Assembly (NCBI GenBank): GCA_965215445.1
Contig: CBDCDT010000002.1
Location: 1,253,260-1,317,259 of the forward strand
Length of the DNA: 64,000 nt
Reading direction: 5' to 3'
DNA from: Bacteriovoracaceae bacterium
Lineage (GTDB): Bacteria; Bdellovibrionota; Bacteriovoracia; Bacteriovoracales; Bacteriovoracaceae
Shown: one piece after another, positions 25,608-33,445 of the stretch
Numbering within the stretch: the first letter of the stretch is position 1
Layout: every line of letters starts with the position of its first letter
Notes under the pieces: generated by a model
The model's database searches: none
Told to the model about the DNA's origin: nothing
Seen by the model: only the letters and a program-made list of their open reading frames with translations
Translations under genes and position numbers: made by a program

Positions 25608-26906
25608 CTATTTTTTAAGTCTTTGCGAAATCATTTTTATGCCGCGTACGATTTTATTTTTGACTTTGGGGTCAAACAAGTCTGAGTACGCAATTGTTTT
25701 CCAAACTTCGCTTTTGAGTTGTTCTAAAATATGGTCGATAATTTGTGCCCCTCTCTTTTGCGTTATTTGGCAAATTTTGGCGGTTTCAAGAAAATGCTTT
25801 CTCGCTATCTTGTTTGCTCGGTAGTGGTTTGAGTTTCCTACAGACAGGGCCATTTTATATTTGGCCGCAGAAATTTCTTTTATTGTCAGTGCCGGGAAGA
25901 TAGAGAGAATGTCATACAAAGGGGCCAGTTGGTGTCCTGTCTTGGCGTATTCAAGAGAGTAATTTTTGGCGTGTCCATCTATGGCCCCCAGGGCATAATA
26001 GGTCACCAGAGATTTAAAGAGAGTTTCTAAATCTTCTTTTCTTTTCAGGCTGGTTTCCAAGACTGATACAAAATCTTTTATATTTGGGCCTTGGTCGGAT
26101 TGGTATTTTTGGTTTGAGAAATATCCCAGTGCTTGACACATATCTTCCTGGTGTTTGCGGTAGATGATTCCGTCCTCGATGTAGCGATCAAATCTTTCTA
26201 CTGCCAAAACCAATTCTCCATCGAAATTTTTTAAATCGACATTGGCGACGTTAAGGCCCAGTTTCCGACACAATTTCATGCAGAAATATTCATTGTGAAC
26301 ACTGGATTTAAAACTGTATCCACCCATTTTAAAACTGATGGGAGGTTTTATAATATGGGTGGTAGGGGTTATTCCTATTGGCCTTTGCCACTTGTTCTTC
26401 CAAAATAAAAGCGCCGTCTTTTGTTGGACTCCGGCCAGGGAAATTCTAAAGTCTTCCAGGTTTATTTTCATTCCCAAAGGCCATGATTGTAGGTTCCTTA
26501 TCATTTCGCCAATTTCTGAATCAGTAAGCACGGTTCCCTGCGGGGCCTTGCCTTTAAATTCGAGGTTTTTTTCATCAATTCTAGCAAAAAGTAGTGCCCC
26601 CACGCAGTCGCGGCCGATTTTGGCCAAAAGATCAAAGGGCCTTGAACTGTCTGCGGCAAGTTTGGCGGCAATGAGTTCTCTTTCCTCCCTTAAGTCGGGT
26701 AAGAGATTTTCAAACCAGGTGCGGACATTTTCTCCCTTATAAGGAACTGTCCCGAGGGGCAGTATTTGAGAGATGGGAAAACCATTTTGAACCCAAGCGC
26801 GGTTATAGCTAAAGGAAGTTAAACCCTGCGGGCCTTTGGTATATTTTCCCACCAAATCTCCCTGTAAAAAAACGTTTAGTTCTATGGTCTCCGACTTCCT
26901 TCCCAT
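25608..26906 (-). CDS. hipA: HipA-family serine/threonine kinase toxin
   Basis: 432 aa. The N-terminal coupling domain (VFLQGDLVGKY...RDCVGALLF), the catalytic IDGHAKNYSL motif and the LAPLYDILS motif are present. Confidence 0.9.
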   Translation of the reverse strand: MGRKSETIELNVFLQGDLVGKYTKGPQGLTSFSYNRAWVQNGFPISQILPLGTVPYKGENVRTWFENLLPDLREERELIAAKLAADSSRPFDLLAKIGRDCVGALLFARIDEKNLEFKGKAPQGTVLTDSEIGEMIRNLQSWPLGMKINLEDFRISLAGVQQKTALLFWKNKWQRPIGITPTTHIIKPPISFKMGGYSFKSSVHNEYFCMKLCRKLGLNVANVDLKNFDGELVLAVERFDRYIEDGIIYRKHQEDMCQALGYFSNQKYQSDQGPNIKDFVSVLETSLKRKEDLETLFKSLVTYYALGAIDGHAKNYSLEYAKTGHQLAPLYDILSIFPALTIKEISAAKYKMALSVGNSNHYRANKIARKHFLETAKICQITQKRGAQIIDHILEQLKSEVWKTIAYSDLFDPKVKNKIVRGIKMISQRLKK

Positions 26907-26909
26907 GGA

Positions 26910-27131
26910 TTATGTGTCCTTTTCAATTTCGATAAAAATGTGTAGCTCCAGTGCCGCGGCGATAACCAACAAGAGGTCGAGTCTCGGCGAGGCAGTGAGA
27001 TTTTCGAGCATGGCGATTTTTTTTTGACTCATTCCGGTCAGTTCCCCCAATTGGGCCTGAGTGAGTCCTTTGTCTACGCGCGCCTGCTTGAAGGCGGCGA
27101 GAAATTGTTTGGTTGTCCTTACTTGAGGCAT
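26910..27131 (-). CDS. hipB: HipB-like XRE-family antitoxin/repressor
   Basis: 73-aa HTH protein (LTQAQLGELTGMSQKKIAMLENL). It lies 3 nt upstream of hipA and downstream of the TATCC-N8-GGATA operators. Confidence 0.85.
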   Translation of the reverse strand: MPQVRTTKQFLAAFKQARVDKGLTQAQLGELTGMSQKKIAMLENLTASPRLDLLLVIAAALELHIFIEIEKDT

Positions 27132-27150
27132 AATTCTCCTACGAAAATCT

Positions 27151-27222
27151 TATCCCAAAAACTGGATAAATTCATTATATCCCAAAAATTGGATATTTCA
27201 AGTTTATCCCGAAAAAGGGATA
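27151..27222. promoter_or_regulatory. Three HipB-type operators, TATCC-N8-GGATA
   Basis: TATCCCAAAAACTGGATA (27151-27168), TATCCCAAAAATTGGATA (27178-27195) and TATCCCGAAAAAGGGATA (27205-27222). All are perfect for the E. coli hipBA operator half-sites and spacing. Confidence 0.8.
27174..27201 (-). promoter_or_regulatory. Sigma70-type hipBA promoter
   Basis: The minus strand reads TTGAAA-16 nt-TATAAT. Operator 2 fills the spacer, operator 1 lies just downstream of -10, and operator 3 lies upstream of -35. GGAG lies 4 nt before the hipB ATG. Confidence 0.65.
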
Positions 27223-27274
27223 AATGGGAGATTTTCTAGCAATTTCTACTGACGAAATGATAGTAAATTAACTA

Positions 27275-27303
27275 TTGACAGGCTCGTTTAAAAGTGATAG
27301 TAT
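27275..27303 (+). promoter_or_regulatory. Sigma70-type promoter for the higBA-like pair
   Basis: TTGACA (27275-27280), a 17-nt spacer, then TAGTAT (27298-27303). AAGGAG follows at 27314-27319. Confidence 0.6.
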
Positions 27304-27325
27304 ATTTACATTCAAGGAGTTAGAT

Positions 27326-27649
27326 TTGAAAATAGTACAATTGGAGGTCTTTAAAAAGGAGATTAAAAAATTCCCTACCGAAACCAGGGAAGATATTTGA
27401 TCTCTTGTAGGTAAGTTTATCGAAGGTGAACAACTTACCTCAAAACAGTTTAAGACGTTTAAAATCGACAAGGAAACAAAAATTCAAGAGTTTAGGGTAA
27501 AAGACCGCAAAGGAAATTGGCGAGTTATAAGTTGTATAGTTCAGAGTGATATTTTGGTGTTTGTATATGCCTTTCATAAAAAATCTCAGGCGCTACTTGA
27601 AAAAGACAAAAACACCATAAGAAAACGTATTAAGAGAATTAAATTGTAA
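27326..27649 (+). pseudogene. higB: HigB/RelE-type (Gp49-like) toxin with an in-frame TGA at codon 25
   Basis: From TTG 27326 the frame reads KIVQLEVFKKEIKKFPTETREDI-TGA(27398-27400)-SLVGKFIEGEQL..FKIDKETKIQEFRVKDRKGNWRVISCIVQSDILVFVYAFHKKSQALLEKDKNTIRKRIKRIKL. This is a full-length family pattern in one frame, interrupted only by the stop. Confidence 0.75.
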
Positions 27650-27669
27650 AGAAAAAATTACAACTATTA

Positions 27670-28158
27670 ATGGAAAAGGATTTCAGTATGAAAACAGAAA
27701 AATTAAAAATAGTATCCCTAAGAGAGATGGCCGAAGAATGGGGTATCAATTATGAGGTTTGCAAAATTAAATCAGAACTCATTGAGTGCATTAAAAATTA
27801 TTGCAAAAGGGAGAAAATTTCTCAAAGAGCATTGGCCAAGAAAGTGCCTGGCCTCTCCCAAGATAGAATTTCAAAAATTTTTAATGACCAAATTGGGCAC
27901 ATGACAATTGATAAACTAATTCAAACTCTATCTGCTCTTGGTATCAAAGTTAGTGTTAAACCAAAAAAACTATTTAGTGATAAGAAGACAACAACAAAAC
28001 GAAAATCATTCTTGCCGGCCAGCAAAAATACATCAGTTGTCTCTTCTTTAAGACAAAACACTTTACTCCAGTCAGGGGCAGGAAAATTTCAAAGCGTAGT
28101 TACAAGAAAATCTTCGACTAGGCGGTTTGCTAATAAGAAGCGGAGATTAAAGTCATAA
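27670..28158 (+). CDS. higA: HigA-like XRE antitoxin with a ~65-aa basic C-terminal tail
   Basis: HTH core ISQRALAKKVPGLSQDRISKIFNDQIGHMTIDKLIQTLSALGIKVSV, then a K/R/S/T-rich tail. It lies 20 nt downstream of the higB remnant. Confidence 0.75.
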   Translation: MEKDFSMKTEKLKIVSLREMAEEWGINYEVCKIKSELIECIKNYCKREKISQRALAKKVPGLSQDRISKIFNDQIGHMTIDKLIQTLSALGIKVSVKPKKLFSDKKTTTKRKSFLPASKNTSVVSSLRQNTLLQSGAGKFQSVVTRKSSTRRFANKKRRLKS

Positions 28159-28165
28159 AAAATTA

Positions 28166-28951
28166 TCACTCCCTTGCGCCCGTGACAACGCTTTCATCGA
28201 AATAATTGCAACTCATCCCCGCGTCCACCACGATGCCGGAAGCGTTGATGCCACTGGAAAGGGGAGAGAGTAGGAAGGCCACCACGTTGGCGACTTCCTC
28301 GGTTTGCAAGGCCTTTTTTCTCAAGGTCAATTTTTCGGCAAATAGGTAGTTGTCAATGTAGTTGGGGATGCCCGCCGAAGCGCTGGTTTTTAAAGGCCCG
28401 CTTTGAACGGCGTTGAAGCGTACATCGGAAAAAGCACTAAAGCTTTTTGCCAAGTAGGCCACGGTGGCGTCCAGCGCGGCCTTGATCGGCCCCATGTATC
28501 CGTAGTTGGTGGCGCGGGTGTTGGAAATAGAGACGGTCACCACCGAGGCCTTTTGGTCAAAGACATTTTTGAGGGCATTGCTCAGGGCAATCAGGGAAAA
28601 GTGACTGACCCGTTCGGCCTGGGCGTAGTCTTCCCAGGAGGTTTCGTGAAAGGGTTTGGGTGCGGAAAAGTTGGCGAAGGCCATGGAGTGAAGCAATCCA
28701 TCCAGGGGTTTCCCCCTTAATACATCTTCGAGTTGGCAGGGCAGTTTTTGGATGTGTTCCCGGTTTTCGACGTCCAAAAGCAAAACCTTGGCGCCGGGAA
28801 ACAACTTTTCCACTTGGGTGCGGGCCTTGTCGTGCTGAACCGAAAAGACCAGTTCGGCGCCCGCCGCTTGTAAGGCCTTGGCCGAGTGACAGGCCACCGA
28901 CTTTTTGTTGGCCACGCCGGTAATCAGAACCTTTTTTCCATTGAATTGCAT
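28166..28951 (-). CDS. fabI: Enoyl-[acyl-carrier-protein] reductase (NADH), FabI type
   Basis: Start taken at MQFNGKKVLITGVANKKSVA. SDR fold with the FabI-type Y..M....K arrangement (NYGYMGPIKAALD). Confidence 0.88.
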   Translation of the reverse strand: MQFNGKKVLITGVANKKSVACHSAKALQAAGAELVFSVQHDKARTQVEKLFPGAKVLLLDVENREHIQKLPCQLEDVLRGKPLDGLLHSMAFANFSAPKPFHETSWEDYAQAERVSHFSLIALSNALKNVFDQKASVVTVSISNTRATNYGYMGPIKAALDATVAYLAKSFSAFSDVRFNAVQSGPLKTSASAGIPNYIDNYLFAEKLTLRKKALQTEEVANVVAFLLSPLSSGINASGIVVDAGMSCNYFDESVVTGARE

Positions 28952-29103
28952 TAAACGTAACTGCTCACACTTCAGACCATCTTGTGGGTCAGCTACACTG
29001 TCGCTCCCTGCGACGTGCCGGGAGCACGCCTCAGTCGCTCCAGTTTGCTTCCCCCCAACCTGGCCTAAATTGTGAGCACTTACCTTGCCTTTATAATGGT
29101 TTT

Positions 29104-29562
29104 TCATTTGGATACAACCTTTTCTTTGGGGAGGAAGGCCCCGGTAAAGCGGATGAGCATGACTGGTTTTTCATTCACGCAGGTTTTGCCCGACATATAA
29201 AAGGCCCTTTTTAAGCGCTGGTCGAGGGAAATGTGCATGGTGAGCAGGTCGCCGGGACGGACAAAACTTTTGAATTTGGCGTCACTCACCCGGCTGATGA
29301 CTCCCAGTCCCTCTTTTTCTTCCCGGCCAATGAGCAAGGCCCCGGTCTGGAAGGCCGCCTCTTGCAAAATTACTCCGGGAACGATCGGGTTGCCGGGAAA
29401 ATGGCCTTTGAAAAAATCTTCCTCGCCGCTGACTTGATAAGAGGTGATGATGCTTTTTTGGTCGCCATCGAGAGATAAATCCACAATGTGATCGACAAAT
29501 AAAAAGGGAGGCCTTTGGGGAAGGCCGTCCAAAACTTCCCGATCGGTTTTCCTTGATGACAT
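29104..29562 (-). CDS. fabZ: 3-hydroxyacyl-ACP dehydratase, FabZ family
   Basis: LPQRPPFLFVDHIV...FFKGHFPGNPIVPGVILQEAAFQTGALL is the hot-dog dehydratase signature. Confidence 0.88.
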   Translation of the reverse strand: MSSRKTDREVLDGLPQRPPFLFVDHIVDLSLDGDQKSIITSYQVSGEEDFFKGHFPGNPIVPGVILQEAAFQTGALLIGREEKEGLGVISRVSDAKFKSFVRPGDLLTMHISLDQRLKRAFYMSGKTCVNEKPVMLIRFTGAFLPKEKVVSK

Positions 29563-30303
29563 TTACAATCCTCCGGTTACTTCCAGGCTGGCCCCGGTGA
29601 CATAGGATGCTTCGGGTGAGGCCAAAAAGAGTACCGCCGCCGCCACTTCCTGGCCAGTGCCAAAACGGCGCACGGGCACTTGTTTTTTGTACCCGGAAAC
29701 CTGTTCTTCGGGCAAATCGGAAATCAATTCGGTTTCGATAAAACCGGGCAAGACGTTGTTGACGGTAATGCCTTTGCGTGCCACTTCCTTGCTCAAGCTC
29801 TTGGCCAAAGCGACTTGCCCTGCCTTGGAGGCGGCGTAGGAGGCCTGGCCGGGAAGTCCCATGATTCCCCCCACTGAACTGATGTTGACGATTCTGCCGA
29901 AGCGCTTGGAGAGCATCAACAAAACCGCTCCTTGAGACATGAGATAGGTTCCCTTTAAATTGGTGTCGAGAACGGCGTCCCAATCGCCCTCCTTGAGAGA
30001 AACCAAAATTTGATCCCGGCGAATCCCGGCGTTGTTGACCAAAACGTCGAGACTGGAATAATTTTCTTTAAGCCATTGGTAGAAGGCCTTGATCTGCTCG
30101 GAGTCCACCACGTCACATTGCCTGACCTCCAATCTGGAAGACCATTCCCCCAGCGAGGTCTGAAACTGAGTGGCGGCCTCTTTTTGCCCGCGATAGGTGG
30201 CGATGACTTGTGCCCCTTGCTCCAAAAAGGCGCGGGTAATCGCCGCTCCAATGCCACGGGTTCCTCCGGTGACGATGGCCACTTTCTTTTCAAATTTATG
30301 CAT
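29563..30303 (-). CDS. fabG: 3-oxoacyl-ACP reductase, FabG family
   Basis: KVAIVTGGTRGIGAAI, NNAG, and S...YAASKAG catalytic motifs. AAGGAG lies 7 nt upstream of ATG 30303. The stop abuts the fabZ start. Confidence 0.88.
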   Translation of the reverse strand: MHKFEKKVAIVTGGTRGIGAAITRAFLEQGAQVIATYRGQKEAATQFQTSLGEWSSRLEVRQCDVVDSEQIKAFYQWLKENYSSLDVLVNNAGIRRDQILVSLKEGDWDAVLDTNLKGTYLMSQGAVLLMLSKRFGRIVNISSVGGIMGLPGQASYAASKAGQVALAKSLSKEVARKGITVNNVLPGFIETELISDLPEEQVSGYKKQVPVRRFGTGQEVAAAVLFLASPEASYVTGASLEVTGGL

Positions 30304-31756
30304 GACAATCTCCTTTTTTCTCCAAACGCGAGAGATAAGTTTCAATTTGGTGGGATTGGATCGCCCCGTAATTGGCGGCGCCCAGCCATCCCGACATAAT
30401 AATTCCCACGGAACCAGCGTGAAAAAGCCCCGGGATTGCTTTGTGCATTTCCCTGCTCAGGGGAAGGCCTTCAAACTTGGTTCCAAAACTCGAACCTCGC
30501 TGGTGGCGGGTATAGCGTTCTACCGTCAGAGGGGTGGAAGAGTCAATAAAGTCGATTTTTTCCCGCACTCCCGGAATAATTTTTTCCAATCCCTGCAAGG
30601 CCCGTTCCACCGTATGTTTTTTGCGCGCGAGATAGGTCGATTCGTCGAGTCCGTGCCAGTCTTCGTAGCGGGCGTTGGAGCTGGAAACCACTGCGTAGCG
30701 ATTGTCCAGATGGGGGCGCATTTCGGGATAGTAAAAGCTAAAGGTTTGGGAAGTGACTTTGGGGGAGAGCAGCCCCTCGGTGCTAAATGTCTGGTCTTCA
30801 GAGTAAAAAATGAGTTCCCCCACATTGGGGAGGTGTTCTCCCTTTTTGATGCCCATGAACACCTGGCACGAAGAGGTGTTGGGGCGCACTTTTTGAGCGC
30901 AATCGGCATATTCCGCGGGCCATTGTTGGCGGCCCACCAGTTTGAAAATGGTGCTTTTTAAATCGGCGTTGGAAACTACCGCCTTGCTTTCTACAGTCTC
31001 GCCGTTTTGCAGGCGCACGCCACGAGTAGAACCCCCTTCCACGATAATTTTTTCTACGTTGGAGTGTAGTTTTATGTCCACTCCATTTTCCAGCATTTGC
31101 GTTTTCAACAGGTGCACCAGTTGATCGGTTCCGCCGTTGAAAATATAAACCCCCTTGTTCATAAAATTGCCAAAGACGATGCCGTAGGCGATGGCCGGGT
31201 CTTCCAGTGTTGAGCCGTTGGCGTAGGCAATCGGCTCCAGCAAAAAACGGATGACTTCGTTTCTGGCCCCAAAATATTTTTCAAAAAATTGTTGGGTGGA
31301 GGGGGAGTTGTCATCGTAAAAATTCATTGAAAGAAGCGCGCTAAAAAAATCCTCTACGGTTTTCAAGGGAATACCAAAATGGCCGTGTAACAAACGGATG
31401 TAGTCGGTGCGGGTGAAATCGGTTTCGAGTTGGTATTGGGGGTTGATAAAGCGCACTTTCTGCACTTGCCGAATGCGATCGGCGATATTGCGGTTCCAAT
31501 AGCGGCGGCAGGTTTTAATCATGCCGACGGGAAAGCCGTGCAAAGAGACATCAAAAATGTGTTCTCCACGGCGGCGACGAAACCAGGTGGCCAGGCCTCC
31601 GAGTTTGTTGTGCCCTTCGAGCAGGAGTACGCGGCGACCGCCTCTACCCAACAGGTTGGCGGCGGTCATACCCGCCCATCCCGAGCCAATCACTACCACA
31701 TCGTAGGCGCGAACAATTTTCTCTTTTTTGGAGTAGAGTTTTCCCGCATAGTCCAT
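30296..31756 (-). CDS. FAD-dependent oxidoreductase of the phytoene desaturase (CrtI)/amine-oxidase superfamily
   Basis: Dinucleotide-binding YDVVVIGSGWAGMTAANLLGRGGRRVLLLEGHNKLGG. The C-terminal GLFHAGSVGIIMSGWLGA motif is present. Its stop overlaps the fabG start by 8 nt (ATGCATGA). Confidence 0.8.
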   Translation of the reverse strand: MDYAGKLYSKKEKIVRAYDVVVIGSGWAGMTAANLLGRGGRRVLLLEGHNKLGGLATWFRRRRGEHIFDVSLHGFPVGMIKTCRRYWNRNIADRIRQVQKVRFINPQYQLETDFTRTDYIRLLHGHFGIPLKTVEDFFSALLSMNFYDDNSPSTQQFFEKYFGARNEVIRFLLEPIAYANGSTLEDPAIAYGIVFGNFMNKGVYIFNGGTDQLVHLLKTQMLENGVDIKLHSNVEKIIVEGGSTRGVRLQNGETVESKAVVSNADLKSTIFKLVGRQQWPAEYADCAQKVRPNTSSCQVFMGIKKGEHLPNVGELIFYSEDQTFSTEGLLSPKVTSQTFSFYYPEMRPHLDNRYAVVSSSNARYEDWHGLDESTYLARKKHTVERALQGLEKIIPGVREKIDFIDSSTPLTVERYTRHQRGSSFGTKFEGLPLSREMHKAIPGLFHAGSVGIIMSGWLGAANYGAIQSHQIETYLSRLEKKGDCHA

Positions 31757-31799
31757 CGCCGGCCACGATGGCCTGTCTTGCTCTCCTTTGTAAAGCCTA

Positions 31800-32708
31800 T
31801 TGACGTCACTGCACTACTGCGGGCAAACTGAAACTATTGTGGTGTTAAAGTTTATAGTGCTTTTCCTGATTTTATTTCCGCAAACTGGCCTTGGCACCAG
31901 TTCAAAGCAGGCCCCTTCGAGCAGTTATTACCTTTATGACGGCAAACCTTTGCGCATCAGCGAAAGCAGTTTTCGGCGTTATGTTGTGCCCCAACTGCGG
32001 ACGATGGGGCGCGAATACCTCAACATCCTCAAAAAGCTTCATCCCCTCCAGGAATCCCTGATCGCTTTGAAAAGTGAATTGGCGGGGATGCACGAATCTC
32101 TCGCCGCCTTTCAAAATGCCTGTTGGGGTTCTCCCCCTTTGCGCAAAAATTGCGCCCCCAAACTTGCCGAACTCCAGCGCCGTTCGCGCCAGGTCGATCG
32201 TTCCCTATTGGCCCTCTATCACCACCCGAAACTGGATTTTTCCCTCTCAAAAAATCAGCGAGAAATCACTGCTTTAATGGCACTCATTCGCTCTCTCGAC
32301 GAAATGGCGGGGGTCAATCACCACTTTTTGCACGCTCTGGAAAAATTCCTCATCACCTCCGGGAGCGACTCCTTTCCCCCCTCCAGTGAGGCCAAATCGC
32401 TGGAATTGTCTCTCCGCAAAATATCTTCCAGCGCGGAAATGCTGCAAACCTTGCTGTTGCAAAATGAACTCAAGCGCGATTTTGATTTTGCTTGGCAGCA
32501 TTTTTTCCGGCCATTGGAAAAACACGTTCTCGGGGGGGAGGGGATTCCCTTTATGCTACGCACTCTCGAACCCCTCAACATCGCCTGGAATACCTTTCAC
32601 ATGAAGGTTACCACAGAGGGCCATAAACTTCCCTCCAATGTTCTCTCCATCGCCAAAACTATGCACAATCGCTGGAACTCGGTTCTCAAAATTATCCTCA
32701 ACAACTAG
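31800..32708 (+). CDS. Hypothetical secreted helical protein
   Basis: 302-aa ORF. A likelier start is GTG at 31839 or 31842, giving signal peptide (M)LKFIVLFLILFPQTGLG. No motif. Confidence 0.55.
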   Translation: MTSLHYCGQTETIVVLKFIVLFLILFPQTGLGTSSKQAPSSSYYLYDGKPLRISESSFRRYVVPQLRTMGREYLNILKKLHPLQESLIALKSELAGMHESLAAFQNACWGSPPLRKNCAPKLAELQRRSRQVDRSLLALYHHPKLDFSLSKNQREITALMALIRSLDEMAGVNHHFLHALEKFLITSGSDSFPPSSEAKSLELSLRKISSSAEMLQTLLLQNELKRDFDFAWQHFFRPLEKHVLGGEGIPFMLRTLEPLNIAWNTFHMKVTTEGHKLPSNVLSIAKTMHNRWNSVLKIILNN

Positions 32709-32749
32709 AGTATTCACAAAGCTGCACCACCGCCTTATCCTGCTATTCA

Positions 32750-32926
32750 ATGAGAATCTCGACTCTTTTGGCGGTGGCCTATGGTTTGCAACTCATCGGT
32801 TTTGTCACGGTGGGGGCGTGTTTGGCGACGGGCCTGATTGAGGGAGATTATGGACAGCTTGAATTGATTCAACTGGTCGCCGGTTCCGTGCTCTTTTATC
32901 TGGGTTCTTACTTGAGGGGAAGGTGA
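32750..32926 (+). CDS. Small two-TM membrane protein (58 aa, below the ORF-track cutoff)
   Basis: MRISTLLAVAYGLQLIGFVTVGACLATGLIEGDYGQLELIQLVAGSVLFYLGSYLRGR. Its TGA is immediately followed by the ruvC ATG. Confidence 0.35.
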   Translation: MRISTLLAVAYGLQLIGFVTVGACLATGLIEGDYGQLELIQLVAGSVLFYLGSYLRGR

Positions 32927-33445
32927 ATGATCATTCTTGGCATTGACCCCGGTTCTCTCAAAACCGGCCACGCCGTCATTGAAGTCAAAAATGGGCGCGC
33001 CATTTACAAGTCCTCAGGGGTTTTGCGCTACGACCAATCCAGTCCGTTCCTCGAACGCATCGGTGAAATTTACCACTCGTTTCGCCAAATTGCGGAACGC
33101 TACAGGCCCCACGAAATTGCCATTGAATCGCTGATTCACGTCCGCAATATAAGCTCGCTGGCCAAATTGGCCCAGGCGCGGGGAGTAATCCTTTCGGCCT
33201 TGATGGATACCCATCAGGGTAAAATTTTTGAATATTTGCCCAATCAAATCAAGGCGGCGGTCACCGGGCATGGCCACGCCGACAAAAAAACGGTGGATCA
33301 AACCCTGCGCATGATTTTTGCCAGGCAAATGAATTTTGAAAGTGATGACGAATCCGATGCCCTGGCGATTGCCTTGGGGCATCATTTATTGGGTGGCAAT
33401 ACCCGCGGCCTACTTGCGTCGCCCAAGAGGAGTTTGCGGCCATGA
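32927..33445 (+). CDS. ruvC: Holliday junction resolvase RuvC
   Basis: MIILGIDPGSLKTGHAVIE..., ...IAIESLIH..., and DESDALAIALGH are the RuvC catalytic acidic residues and pattern. Confidence 0.93.
   Translation: MIILGIDPGSLKTGHAVIEVKNGRAIYKSSGVLRYDQSSPFLERIGEIYHSFRQIAERYRPHEIAIESLIHVRNISSLAKLAQARGVILSALMDTHQGKIFEYLPNQIKAAVTGHGHADKKTVDQTLRMIFARQMNFESDDESDALAIALGHHLLGGNTRGLLASPKRSLRP

Noticed and set aside
27398-27400. TGA recoding (a Trp/Gly/Sec genetic-code variant) as the explanation for the in-frame stop in higB
   Set aside because: Many confidently called genes here terminate at TGA (for example dCMP deaminase, hicA, sixA, the 590-aa ORF and ruvC-upstream junctions). No SECIS-like context is evident.
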